Part shown: positions 9,166 to 23,000 of the stretch, piece by piece
How positions within the stretch are numbered: the first letter of the stretch is position 1
Layout: every line of letters begins with the position of its first letter
The notes under the pieces: model-generated
The model's input: only the letters and a program-made list of their open reading frames with translations
Database searches by the model: none
What the model was told of the DNA's origin: nothing
Translations under genes and position numbers: made by a program
Assembly (NCBI GenBank): GCA_028534125.1
Contig: CM052816.1
Span: 17,176,001 to 17,240,000, forward strand
From: Lama glama
Taxonomy: Eukaryota
Direction of reading: 5' to 3'
DNA: 64,000 bases

Positions 9166-12100
9166 GATGGTGATGGTTATATGTTGATCTAGGTGAAGTT
9201 TCACCTTTCCACAGAGGTTTCTAATCTAGCTGTCTTTGGTTTTTCTTCTCTTGTGAACTTACAACCCCTGTAATAAACTTTTGTTTTTAATTATTTACTA
9301 TCGTGTACTTTCATTTGGAAGCCCCTTAAAATCAGGGTCTTTTCGTATGTCTCCCATCCCCAAAGTGTCTAGTGTGGTGTCGAGCACGTAGGTGTGGAGC
9401 TGATTGATTTTATTGATTATCACATAAGGGAATGCTCTTAATAATTGCCTTAGGATGTGCCTGTGTTGGTTTGTGCTATTTCCCTCAACTTCATCCCACA
9501 AATAAAAGCAGTTGATATAGAAAGATTCCTCCTCTTCTGACCTTGGAAGTAAGTCCTCACACCATAGCAGCCATCTTAGGTAAAGTTAATGAATCACAGA
9601 ATTGCAGACCAAGAGAAGACATGGGAAATCTTGTCTGACATCTTCAAAGAACAAAACTCTAAGGGTCAGAGAGGTTATATATTTGCTCAAGGTCATGCAG
9701 TCTGTTGGTAGAAGAGTCAGGATTAGAATCCAAATCTCCTATTTTCTAGTGTAATCCAGATAGGCTTCTAGCAAATGGACTCTGTATTACCAGATACATG
9801 TCAAACTGGAGACATTAGTCTGAGTAGCTGAGATTGTAGTGACTTTTTTCTTTTATCAGGATAGTGTTTTTATGGTTTTGAATATACTGGGTAATAGATC
9901 AGTCTTTTTACTTTGTATGTTAGCTCCTTGGGGGAGAGATGTATCTGTTTTGTTTATTCTTGGATCCCTAGTGCCTAGAATAGTGCCAGGCACCTAGGAG
10001 ATGCTCAATAAATATTTGTTGAATGAATTAATTTGCTTTGTTCGCAATATTGCTTGAGACGTCAGTTGAGAATGTTTGTGTCTCCTAGAGATTCTAACCT
10101 CTAAGTGTCAGACCCTGTAAAGAAACTTTATAAACAAAAGCAGGGAAACTCTGTCTGTGGTGGAAAGATAAAAAATGAAATGCTTCCCTTCATGGGAAGA
10201 GAAATATTAAGTGAAAGTATATATGAAGCATTTTGACCTTCTTGAAAGAAACATACCTTATAAATAAATATAAGATCAGTTGGTTCAAGAGGCTAGAATT
10301 TCCGCTAAGCCCCTTGGCATATCTCAGAGGAGAAGCTGGAAAACATCAACAGAATAGGTGGATGAGATTCAGATTTTTGCCCACCTTGACGTTGTCCTAT
10401 TTCCCCAGGCTAAAGTGAAAAAAAGAGAAAATCCAGTCCTTATGAAGGGAAGATCATACTGGCCCCCTATCATTCCAGATGTTTCCTGTTCTAGGCATTA
10501 AACAATCAAATTTCATGGAAAAGGCACCAGACAGCCCATGCTGTAATTTAATCCACAGGGTAGAGGCAGGGCTGGACTTCCCATCTTCTGTCCATGATCT
10601 TCCAACCAGTGAAATGAGACAGTGATAACTAACAGAACCATGAAATGCCCTGAATCTAACTGTGGAATATGCCACTTGTATGCATGAGTTAAATAATTTG
10701 TGTCTGAAGATCATATAGAAATGGATAAAAATATAGAGAGGCCAGGTAGTGTGGAAGAGAGAACACTAATTCAGGATTGAGGAAATCTAGATTTTGGTTC
10801 TAGATCTGTCATTAATTAGTTATATGACTTTGGGGGTCTCAGTTATCTCATGTCTAATGAGAAATGAGGAGTGAGATGGTCCCTAAAGTTTCTTCTAGAT
10901 CTGTTTATTCTTTTTAAATATTTTTAAAATTTCAGAGTCTGATCATGTTTTGAAATCTCTGATTTTCCTAATTACCAGAGTAGATGAAATTCCATCAGGA
11001 TAAGAGAAAGAAAGATGAACATTGTAGCTAAAAGCAAAAGCAGTCACCACTTAGGCCTGTGGCTTAGACTGCCACTCCAGAAAGCAGAGGTTTGAAAGAT
11101 GAGCTGAGCTTTAGGAATTACTTAAACAGTTTAAAATGTTATTTGTTTATGAAAACAAACCTTTCAGAAGTCATTTGGGTAAGTGATAAAACCAAACCAA
11201 AGAACCACCCCTCCTCCTTCCAGAAAAGGAATCATTTCTAAAAGAAAGCTGACTCTTAAATATTGAGTTCTCTTGCTAAACCCACTGTAGTCTTTGTATT
11301 TGATTCTCCTGTATTTTCCTCTAGGGGATAGAAAAGAAGGTTTTCAAAAAGAAGAAAACCTTTTGCTCAACTGCTGTGAAATAACAACACACTCTAGAGT
11401 AACAAAATGAAAATGTGGATTCAGAATATGTGTCAGCCCTGCATGTGACCTGTCCTGAAGTGTTCCTTGATTTTAGGTAGCACTGGGGATGTCCTTGAAG
11501 TAAAAAATAGCTAGGGATTTTACTTTGGTAATGAGTTATGCTAGCAGGCTTCATGTCTCACGTAAATGGTAACCTTTGCTGAGTGTAACCCTAGCTCTTT
11601 GTAAAGAGAACAGAATTAGACACCACCAAATGAAGAGTCCAAGACCGTGGCAGTCTTACCCTGGAAAGATGACAGGATACATAGAGATCATGAACAATGA
11701 TGAGGCCCTTATAACATTGCCTGAACGAGGAGGTCTGCACAGTTATACTAGCTTCATGGGTATAATGTAGGTTCAGTGGTCTAAGAAGTAGAACATTAGA
11801 CCTGCTTAAAAGTAAACAATTGAAGAATTTGATAGTAGCTACGTTAGGCAAAAATTGAGGAAAGAGAAATGAGGTAAGGCAGGGTAGGAACACACAATGT
11901 TTCGAATGTTTCAAAACATCACCTTAGTGAGGATACTTAGTGAAAATTCACACAGTAAGCTAAACTTGGTGCATTCTTTATAATGTTACTTATTTAATTT
12001 GATGGAGAAGTTTATTGTGCTGTTCCAGGTTTTTGTTGTTTGTTTGCCTATTTTTATGACTTAGTGTGTATTTTAAATATTCATATCCTATTTGATAACA

Positions 12101-13194
12101 AATGCCATACTAAGTAAACTTTATTCACAGAAAGATAATTAATTTGAAGTATCCACAAAGTCACAGGTATTGTGGAAGACATTTGTTTTTCATTTTATAT
12201 TATTCCTAACTGAGAAAGAGGAGGGAGAAAAAATAGTTGAGGAAGGGGGTACATGAGTTAAGATAGAAAAGGAGTTGTGAGTTGTGTATGTGTATGATCA
12301 TTTCCATCACTTTTTGAACTTCTACACTTTGTGGTCTACTGGTGTCAGTCCCTGCAAAAATGAATTTGACTTGTGAAGATATTTAAGCTATTTTAGAGAA
12401 GATAGTAGTTGACATTGAGTATTTTGATGATGGTTTTGAATAATTCTTAATGATGTTTTCGTAAGCAGGAAATTCTAAAAATGCGCCTTACCATTTCTTC
12501 CCCAGTTTTCCTAGACCATTTTCCAGCAACAGTGGGTTTTAATTTTTCCAAATCTCTTTATCCGTTTACCATACTGCCTTCATGTTTGGCCATTTCTTTG
12601 TCTTTTGTTCTTTTTCTCTGCTGCTTTTTAGAAAAAGAAATCACCTGTTTTAATTTTCAACACGATTAAACTAATGTCAAGAGTAAGCTGTTGTTTTCTA
12701 GGTGACTAGAAATTTTACTTGATTACATTCAATGTTTTGCCTCTTCCCAGTGTTTTGTTTAATTTCTTGATTTTATACAGTGCCACGGAGCTCTGTGCCA
12801 AGGAGATTATCAATCACGTCTCTCCATGTTAGAGTAAAATACTCACTGTCCTGGTTCTCATGGTTTCTCCAATAACTAAATGGTGTTTTGATACAACACT
12901 CTAACTAGCTTACAGATTTCTATTTGAATAACTATGGATCCAATAGATATGGATGTATTATTTGGATATATTTATTTAGATTTCTATTTGGGTATCTATC
13001 CTGTTGTTAAGGTCCACATTGTTCCTGGCCTTTCTCAGACTGCTTCTCCATCAGAAAATATGATGCCTGATCATGAGTTAGGAATGTTACTACTTCCTCC
13101 CCATGATGCTGAGATCCTAGTGGGCTTAGGAACAACTGAGACATGTCTTGAAACTCTTGCTCACTGAGGAACTCTTCTAGGGCATATGGTCTTT

Positions 13195-13473
13195 CTCCTG
13201 TGGTTGATGTTTTAGGTCAGGAATTTGAGAAGCATTAGCTGGCTAGCTCCATGTATTTTCAACTGGGGCAGCTGGGCCTAGAGAGTGCATTTTTCCAAGA
13301 TGGTTTCTTCACTCATGTATCTGGCACCCTGGTGCTACCTGGCCTCTCTTTCCGCATGATGTCTCATCCTCCAGGGCCTTTCCATATGGCTTGGGCTTTT
13401 CACAGCATGGTGACCTCAGGGTAGTTGGATTTCTCCCATGGAGGCTTTGGGTTCTAAGAGCAAGTGTTCCAAG
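13195..13473 (-). mobile_element. Old MaLR (MLT1-type) LTR fragment
   Basis: Recognisable MLT1-like motifs (ttccaagatggtttcttcactcatgtatctgg; cagcatggtgacctcagggtagttgga). Confidence 0.55.
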
Positions 13474-16349
13474 AATTATTTCTTTTAAAGAAAAACTTTC
13501 TCCACTTTATTTTGTTATGACTTCTTGGACCCTCAGTTATGACAATATAGAAACCAGTATTAAAAGATCCAATTTGTAGAATTCTCTATAAAAAATTCAG
13601 AGCTCAGGGCTCAAATACTAAGATAAATAGATATTTGGTTTGAGTTATGTGGCAGGCCACTTTTTATTTTGTTTTGTTAGAGAACTTTCAAATTTAGCTA
13701 AAGATTGGGTTTAAGGTTTTTTCCCCCTTATTTGAGGATAAAATATTGAAACTGAACCAGCCCTGTGGCAAAGGAGCAGTGGTGGTAGAGACCTGAACTC
13801 AAGGAGAAAAATCTGCAACACTTCTGGTCTCATTCTTCATTCAGCACCCTCAGTGACTGTACTGATGCGACATGTCAGGAGAAAAGCTGCCTAGAGTTAA
13901 GAGTCTTACTGTTTTGGAAGCAATCAACAATTTTCAATCCAACTTTTGGCAAATTGATGAAGTTTGTATTTTGCAGGCTTTTCTCACCCATTTTGTCTGT
14001 CCCACCCTGCCCAGAACCTTTTCTTGCACACACTTTATAGTGTTTTATTCCTTTAGACTTAGAACTCCAAAATTATCACACCCTCAAGGACACATCTATA
14101 CTGACTTGTTTTATATCAATCCTCTGATAGACTGGTTTAGACAAAGACAGAAATTTCTCCATGAAGACATTCCACTCCTCCATTTGTCATTAAACAGAAA
14201 GAGCCATTACTTGAACCCAAATGAAACCCTCTCTGGTGGTGGCATTCTGAAGCAGACAGGCCAGTTGGCAAGTCATCTTGGAGGTGGGAGAGATTAGATT
14301 TCTTGTAATGTCTTTCATATCCTGCTAAATTCAGAGGAGACTGATATTTAACCCTAAAACTTTTATTTCCTTTGATATTTAACCTAAAATAGAAAGAGGA
14401 TGTTTGTCCTTTTTTTTGCCACTGGCTTAAGTACCTAAGTTTTTGTGTTATAAGATCATGCTCGATTTTTGAAAGAGGATGTTCCATTTCTGGCTGCCCT
14501 ACACACACATGCAGAATTATTGCCAAAAGGAATGCTGTATGCACAAGGACAGCTAAGACCGACCACATACTGTCGTTAGCTGGGAGTCAGGTTACGCACC
14601 ACACGCACAGCAGCATGTGTTGGAGCTATGTGTAACCAGAAGAATCCTAGAGAGGAAAACTTGTAGCATTAAACAGGCTTTGCAAATTAAAAAAAAAGAT
14701 TATGTACACCAATCCTCTCTGTACTTGGTTTTTAACAACTTAAAAGGAGGTTAATCACCAGCACTGTACTGACGACTTTACATGCATTATCTCATTCACT
14801 CTCCACAATACACAAGATATAGAGATATTAGTATTCTCATTTTACAGATCAGGAAACATAAGCTTAGAGAGGTTACACAATTGCCCAAAGCCACATAGCT
14901 AGTAAGCAGTGAGGCCAGGAATAAAATCACAGTCCATCTCTAGGACAGAGAGCTTTGAACTTCTACCACAGGAAGTATACTTCCTTGGCTTGTGTACTTC
15001 TTGGGAAATAGGAGGAAAGGGGACTAGGTTCTAAGGAAAAGCCTAACCTTTGGGTTTAGGAGGGACCTTATAAGGCTGTGAACAGAAATATCCATTAATA
15101 ATCTTCTCATATACAGGACACCGGGTCAGAAATTTAACTTTGACAGTGGTCTGTTTACTGCTTAGCTATATAAGAAATTATATGTGGTGTTCAGATAAAT
15201 AGAATTGGACAAAGTGTAAAAAGCTGTTTCAAAGTGTGAGAGTTGTGTGGTAACTGTATTGATTCCATTTGGGGTTGTGAAATAGCTTTGGGTCAAAGCT
15301 TCAAAGACCCATAACCAGAGACTTTGGCAGAGGCAGAACTGAAAGTATGTTTGGTAAATAAAAATATTAAGAGTCCCAAATGGAACGTTCTCACTAGATC
15401 CAGCCCTGTCACTACAGAATATGATGTAGTGATAACCCATTTCAGTTTTCTCCGGAAAATTACCAAAGAATACACAAGGGGAAGAGACAATGGTGATTAG
15501 GATGGGTTAGCAGGACCTCATTCTTCTCTAACTTTCTTCTTTTAGCACAGTTTAATTTAACTCGTTGTCACCTTGGCAATGCTGAACTGTGTGAAAGTCT
15601 GAGATGCTGAGTACAGAGTAGGGGAGAAAAGTGTGACAGTGACAAACTTGTGGAGGCAAAGGGCAGTTGAAAGTGCCAGGAGATGAAAGGGTCATGATAG
15701 TAGGCACATGTGTAGAGCAGGAGATTTTCAAGGAGGTTATAGAGACGCTGGGGTTTAGAGAGAACTGAGAGAGAAAGTCAGGCTTTGCAGCTTCAGACTT
15801 AATCTCAGGACTGTCCCTGGCCCCTCCAGTCATGTTTGGGACAGTGCAAAAACGATGTCCCCCACAAGCATAGAATCTTTTACAGTTAGAGCCCCAGATG
15901 ATCTTGGAGCCCATCAGGTTAAAGGGGACTTATACTGACTGTCTAGTTCATCCCAAAACAACATTTCTATTCATGTCAGACCTTATCATCCCTTTCTTTT
16001 GCAATTTCCTTTCTTGTTAAAAACCCTATCCATAAAAGACCCGATGTGCATATATCTGTGTGTTTGTGTGGGTATGTTGTCTCTTTTGGGTCTGGTTTGT
16101 CAGATGACAGAATGAAGGATGGTGATTCTAGTTATCTTTTTAGATGCAGAACTGAAACCAAATTAGTAATCCATCGATATTTAGTGAGTATCTCCTCATT
16201 GTATGCCTTTGTTTCTGAGGGCTAGACAGCATATCTTAGGCACATAATTTGGAAAACCCTCTGCTTTCTAGGTGTTTACATGTTCTATAGGAAAATAAAT
16301 AATGATGATAACAGCCCCTTAAACACCACAGAAAAGCACTTATGGTTTT

Positions 16350-16510
16350 ACATTCTCAAAATTTATTGTGCATATGCATCACCTGAAAATCTGATTAAAT
16401 GCAGATTCTGATTTGGTAGGTCTGGGTTGAGGTCTGAGATTCTACATTTCTCACAAGCCCCCAGATAAGACAAATGCTGTTGGTCCACAGACTACGGTTT
16501 GATAGATAGC
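16350..16510. mobile_element. MER5A-like hAT-Charlie DNA transposon fossil
   Basis: Typical MER5A core: aaatgcagattctgatttggtaggtctggg...ctgagattctacatttct...ggtccacagactac. Confidence 0.75.
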
Positions 16511-17386
16511 ATGGCAAAGTGTCTTAACATTGGTTAAAATGTGAGGCATGCACCGGAAATAAAAATAAGTTAGTTTGACAGGAGACAGAAGATTGGAAAG
16601 ATTGGTTAGGATCAGATCTCAAAGAGTGTTGAATGCCAGGGTAAGGATTTAGATGATATAATGGGTTAAGAAATCACTGCAGATCTGTACTAAGTATAGA
16701 GTGACATGAGAGGACTTATAATTAAGGGAGATTTATCTGTCACCATGTATAGGACAGATGGGGTAGAAGTTTCATATTAAGTATTAAGTAGCAGAGATTC
16801 ATCTCCTGGCCCTTAATGCCAGATGAGAAAAGTTGCAGAAAAGAGAGAGGAGGAGACTGGCATAAAGGAAGCTTCCTGCTTTACAGACTAGCCCTGGACT
16901 GGGGGCTGGGGAGTTGTTCGGATTCTAAGTCTTTATAGTCTGCCCAAATTCCAAGAGATCCCTGCCAATCCCTTGTTTGTTTAAGGATGCAATAATGAAA
17001 TATGTACTTGGTAAATTTTTTAGCTTAATCCAATTCAACAAAGATGTATTAAGTGCCAGGTACAACGCTTTGCTATCTCATATATCTGTATATCTCCCGA
17101 AGTGTCTAATGCACAGTTTTCCCTTCATTGAATGTATTGTATTATTAATGTATGAATGATGGAATTCATTCTGCTTAATTCTCCTATTTTAACTTAAGAT
17201 ACAATATAAGACTATTTACAAAGCAAGGATATAATAAATACAAAATGTATGATAGTGGTTACAACTCCAGGAGTTCAGGGGGAAGACAGGTGAGGAGCAC
17301 ATAGATAGTATAAGTTATTGGTATTGTTCTCATTCTTGAGTTGGGTAAAGGATTGATAGGATTTGCTATATTATTAAAAATAAATG

Positions 17387-18459
17387 GCTTTTGCACAGCA
17401 AAGGAAACCATAAGCAAAACAAAACAACAGCCTATGGAATGGGAGAAAATTTTTGCAAATGATGAAACTGACAAAGGCTTGATCTCCAGAATATATAAGC
17501 AGCTCACATGACTTAATAAGAAAAAACAAACAACCCAATCCAAAAATGGGCAGAAGACCTAAACAAGCAATTCTCCAAGGAATAAATACAAATGATCAAT
17601 AGGCACATGAAATATGCTCAGTATCACTAATTATCAGAGAAATGCAAATCAAAACTATAATGAGGTATCACCTCACATCAGTCAGAATGGCCATCATTCA
17701 AAAGTCCACAAATGACAAATACCAGAGAGGCTGTGGAGAAAAGGGAACCCTCCTACACTGCTAGTGGGAATGCAGTTTGGTGCAGCCACTCTGGAAAATA
17801 GTATGGAGATTCCTCAAAAGACTAGGAATAGACTTACCATATGACCCAATAATCCCACTCCTGTACATACATCCAGAAGGAACCCTACTTCAAAAAGACA
17901 CCTGCACCCCGCTATTCATAGCAGCACTATTTACAATAGCCAAGACATGGAAACAGCCTAAATGTCCATCAACAGATGACTGGATAAAGAAGGTGTGGTA
18001 TATTTATACAATGGAATACTATTCAGCCATAAAAATGACAACATAATGCCATTTGCAGCAACATGGATGTCCCTGGAGAATGTCATTCTAAATGAAGTAA
18101 GTCAGAAAGAGAAATAAAAATACCATGTGAGATCTCTCATATGTGGAATTTAAAAAAAAAAAGGAAAGAAAAAGACAAATGAACATAAATACAAAACGGA
18201 AACAGATTCATAGACATAGAACACAAACTTGTGGGGAAGGGGGTGGGAAGGGACAGACTGGGAGTTCGAAATTTGTAGATACTGACAGGTATATATAGAA
18301 TAGATAAACAAGATTATACTGTATAGCACAGGGAAATGTATATAAGACCTTGTGGTAGCTCACGGTGAAAAAGTACATGACAATGAATATATGTATGTTC
18401 TACACTGGAAATTGACACAACATTGTAAACTGACCATAACTCAATAAAATAAAAATTAA
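17387..18459 (+). mobile_element. 5'-truncated, relatively young camelid-type L1
   Basis: ORF 17777..18046 is the L1 ORF2 C-terminus ([19 protein letters not shown]...MEYYSAIK), followed by 3'UTR and A-rich tail. TSD attaaaaata(a/t)atg at 17373-17386 and 18460-18473. Confidence 0.9.
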
Positions 18460-19399
18460 ATTAAAAATATATGTTTTTATCTCTCCTAAAAAAAAATGAG
18501 AGAATGACCAATATATAAAATAAAATAGAAGAGTATTACGCATGCTAGTTCATAATTTAAAATACGAATTACTATATGTGTTATGAACCTGATGTCCATT
18601 AAAAAAACTACATTCACACACACTTACATACTCAAAGTATTGTCATGGAGAATTCATCCTATCTGTAGGGTCTGCCAAAAGTAAGGAGGAAATTAAAATC
18701 ACCACCTCAGCCTACATCTGTGGAGGGGTTTTCTCTGCAGTATGTCAAAATACATAATTTGAGTAGTTATCCTATGCCCAGCCTAAGTCTTGGTGAGATA
18801 AGGTTAGGCAGCAGCCACAACAAAATATACTAATGTTCTACTATCTAAATTTCTGTTACATTTAATAATTTATGGAGTGCTTTGCCACAGCAGAATGTGC
18901 TTGCCTGCCATTTACTCAGTCTTACCCCTTGGATTCTTGAACTTGAGGTCAGAGGTCCTTTTGTGAATGTCTTGGGGGGATTTAATGTGCTCAGAGTATT
19001 GTCATACTTTAATATTCTCCTGACATTAGATTGTATGACATTGAATCTTTCCTAATCATTGAAATGGCACCAAGGTATGAAGAAATACATACTAGAGGGT
19101 CAAATCCATTTTCAAAATAAAAGGGATATATGAAAACAGCTCCGTCTTTGTTGTCTGTCCTAGTAAGCGAATGGAATTCTGGCCAGTTCTACCAAGCTAT
19201 AGAAATTACCAATTTTCAGAGAATTAGAATACAGTAAAATAGAGTTTTACTAAAACTACTCTGAGTATAATTTAATTCTTTTGATTCATAAAGTATTTTT
19301 AGAGACTTGGGATGCTCCTTTCAACTGAATTTTCCAAAAAACTGAAGCAAATCTATGAGTGGCAAAAGATTTAAGAAAGTAAAAGTAGTAGATGCTTAG

Positions 19400-20030
19400 G
19401 GCAAAAATTCTAAAAATCCAGATTACAGAAGGTATAAAGTGAAAAATATAAGTTGACCCTTTCCAGTCTCTAATTTCTACTATTAACAATTTAAAAATAT
19501 CCTTTCAGATATATAATTACATGCACATATAGCTATGTATACAGTTTTTTTATAAATGCAATTATACTATGTATAATATTCTATGCCTTGCCTTTCCACT
19601 TAATGTATCTGGGTCATCATTTGATAATATCACATAAAAATCTAATTTGTTCTTTTAAATTCCTACATAGATTTTTTTTTACGAGTTATAATAGTTAATC
19701 AGTTCCCTGTTGAAGAATACATGGGTTTAAAAAAACAATATTTAAGTGAGCATCTTTATACATATACCTTTACATGTTTTTCTATCTATAACAGAGGAAT
19801 TATAAGGGAAAAAAGCATATGCATTTTAAAGTTTAATAGTTATGGCCAAATTGTCCGTTTCTAAAATGGTACTTTCTCAATAGTTATTGGAGAATCACTT
19901 CCTTATAATCCTTATAATATGATATCTCATTGTTTTGTAGACTTGCATTTCTTTAGTCATATAAATGAGGTTGTGAATCTTTTGTGTGTTTATTGGTCAC
20001 TTTTGCTTCCTCCTCTTGTAAAATGCCTGT
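19400..20030 (-). mobile_element. Highly diverged ancient L1 (L1ME-like) fragment
   Basis: Degenerate antisense L1 3' motifs such as atatctcattgttttgtagacttgcatttcttt and tttattggtcac. Confidence 0.5.
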
Positions 20031-23000
20031 TGAGAAATCTTCCAAACTGCGCACAGAACATTAATGATGTATTTTTACAGCTATACTTTTATAGTTAAGA
20101 CTCCATTCATAGTGAATACTTAACAATCTTTTAGAATCTTGAGATTATTTTTATTATTAATTTTTTACACAATACATTGTCACGACAGATATCTGATATC
20201 AAGATGATGACATTTGGTTTTTTGGTTTGAACAGTTGTATCTTACCCAGACTTCAGTCTAATATGAGCCTCATACAAGTTTGGAAAATTCCTGAATTGGA
20301 AAGGGGGTGTGTGTGTGTGTATGATAGTTGACTTCACTCCCTGCTCTGTCAGAACAGTACATACCTTCCTCCTGCTTTGGTGAGAAATAACCTTGGGAAT
20401 AAATTTATACTCATGGGTACCATTCCATGAGTTTAGGGCTCATGCCTTTTTTTTTTTTTTTTTGGCAGCGTGCAGTTTCTACCACACTGTGGCTGCTTAA
20501 TAAATGTCCAAGAAAAACAATAATAATGCTGGTATTTGGTTTGTCACTTGTGGCTCAGGACATCAGTGGGACATAGAGCAGAATTCTTGCTGAGGAATAT
20601 GATCCTCACTTGATTCTAATTTTATCTTTCTGGTACAGCTTTTAAATATGAGAACAGCTGGTGTTGGATAAATCTGTCCTCACAAGCTGTATGAGATTGA
20701 AATAAAATTAAATATTTGGGGTTGAATCCAAATGCAAAAATTTAGAAAGTACTGATTAATCTTTTGACCTTTCACTTTCTGCATCTTGGTGAACAGGTAC
20801 TCCCTATTCATTGTGAACTCCTAGCAACAGTCCAATCTGAAGCTTAAGATAAGCAGAATGTGTGCTCTAGTTTAAGGTCTAACATTTCATAAGAGGTGAA
20901 GCACAATTCTTGCTTTTCACCCCATCCTCCACCCTGCTGATAAAAACAATAAGCTATACATACCTGTTTTTGTAAGCAACCTCTCTTTCTTTGTTTTTCT
21001 CCCTTGAGTAAAATGTTGCTACCAATGAAATAGTGAGGCCCACATTTCCACTTACCCTGTGTGGCCTCTGAAAGTTTGCAAATGATGGGACCCCAGACTC
21101 CTAGTACATTCTCCCCTGGGTGACTAAATGTCTTGCTAATTACGAAGGGATAAGTAAAGGTGGTGAGCTCAGAGAATAGTCCGGTTGCTGGCTTTTCTTT
21201 AGCTGACTGGTTTACTAAGGTAGAAAAACACTAAAAATAAATCAGGGCACAAATTCTCCTGCCAGGAGTTGAGTATTGAGATAACTTGTCTTCTCGCCTG
21301 GTGTTGACATCATCTATTCTAATGCACACTGCAGATAGGAGCCAGAATGAGACAATATTTGGCCATGAACTAGTATCAGTAAAAGTCCATAGCCTTGCAC
21401 TGATATACTTACTGTTGATTCTTGTCAGACTCAATTAATTAGTCCCTGCAGCTGCTCTAGGAGAGAGCTAAATACATCAAGGTGAGAACTCAAAACACTC
21501 AAGGCCAATCTCTGGGGAAATCACTCGATCTCTTCTAGTTTCAGATGTATCTTTGCTAGGTCTTGTCCACATCACTTGGATTTCAGTGTTTTCTCCAAGG
21601 GATCAGAGTCCACCAGAGTTGGAAAGGTGGGAAGACCTCTTGGGAGCTCAGTTCTAGACCCTGAAGATTTCACCATGTTCCAAGTCACCTGACATGGAGT
21701 AAAGATTCTTGATATTGAATTTCTGTTTCCGTTGTTGCTTCAGATATCCTGAGCAGAGTGCCTCTGGTGATCAGAATTACTCTGTGAATCTTATTTGAAC
21801 TCAAATGGGGGGGGGGAGTCCATGTAAATCACTATCTTCTTTATATTTATCCCTACCTTCTTTTAGTTTTATAGAATGTTGCCTTTAGCTGGAATAATAC
21901 TGTCTCAAGCTGATTAAGTGCTTGATACTCAACGAAACGCTTTCACTCATTTATCTTATGACCTTCAGAACAAATATCTAAGGAAAGCAGATGTTCTTAT
22001 CCCCTTGTTAACTACTAGACTCAGAAAGACCAAAAGAATCAGACGTTGGCAATGACTGGTGTTAAGACCCTGGGAGCTCTTGAAATTTCTTGGTTCTCTC
22101 AGCAATGCGCAGTCTGACCGAGGGCCTTCTCCCCAAGTCTGGAGGTTTGTTCTATTTTTATAAAATAATTTATTTAAGTGTTTCTATTAAAAATGCATTT
22201 CATTTTAGAAAACTTGGAAAATATGGCGGAGAAGTGAGAGAAAAAATCAACTGCAGACCTGGCACACAAAAACAAATTCCTTGGGTTTCCTTAGGTTTTT
22301 GACTGAATTTGTGGACTGGAAGGATAGGTGAAGTAGGTATTCATTTATGCTTATTGTGTGTCCACCCATTTCCCTGCATTTAGCATAATGTACATAATAG
22401 ATGTTTTAATCCAACTGCCTCCAGGGATCCTTTACAGGTAGGTATTGGCTCTCGACCTTCTGAGCTGAGCTCCGAAAGGTGAGCCAAAAATCCCACTGCC
22501 ATTTCTGGTAGAGTCCAGCTATTCACTGTTCTCCTTTCGTTACTCTTTTTTTCGCTCCACACAACCTTCTGCCTTTCTTTCTGGCTATTTCAGAACAACC
22601 TCTCTTCATCTTTCCTTGCTAGTTGTCATTTTTAGTCTTAAAGTCACCAGCAACACTTTTGCAAATCTTACTTCTAATTCTTCCTGGATTCCCCAGTGCA
22701 GAGTCAAGGGCCAAGTAACGTTGAAGGGAGTGAAAGGACTGCTCTTTTTCTGTTCTCCCATGTCCCCAACTTGGCACTTAGAAGGTACATCTGACCCAGA
22801 GGAGAGCTGGAAAGTGCAGGGACTTTAGCAGCTTCAGATGTTTGGAGCCTAGATATACTGAGCTCCAGTATCTCTTTGAATCCCCTCCTGCATTTTTCTT
22901 AGTGCTTTAATAATAGGCATTAGGTAAGTGTTTATTGGTGAGTGTGTGAGTGAATAAGTGAATAAGTGAATGTATTTGGTTCTGTGAGTAGAGGTGGAAA

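Noticed and set aside
10257..10409. 153-nt minus-strand exon-like segment with a strong acceptor and an AAG|gtatgt donor
   Set aside because: Stops in all three frames and no Ig-like peptide. It could be a UTR exon or chance.
12490..12660. Purine-rich minus-strand stretch ending ATG|gtaagg
   Set aside because: Stops in all frames, and the phase-0 donor does not fit the downstream exons.
13872..14568. Overlapping 141-aa (+) and 143-aa (-) ORFs
   Set aside because: No recognisable homology or coherent exon structure; consistent with chance ORFs.
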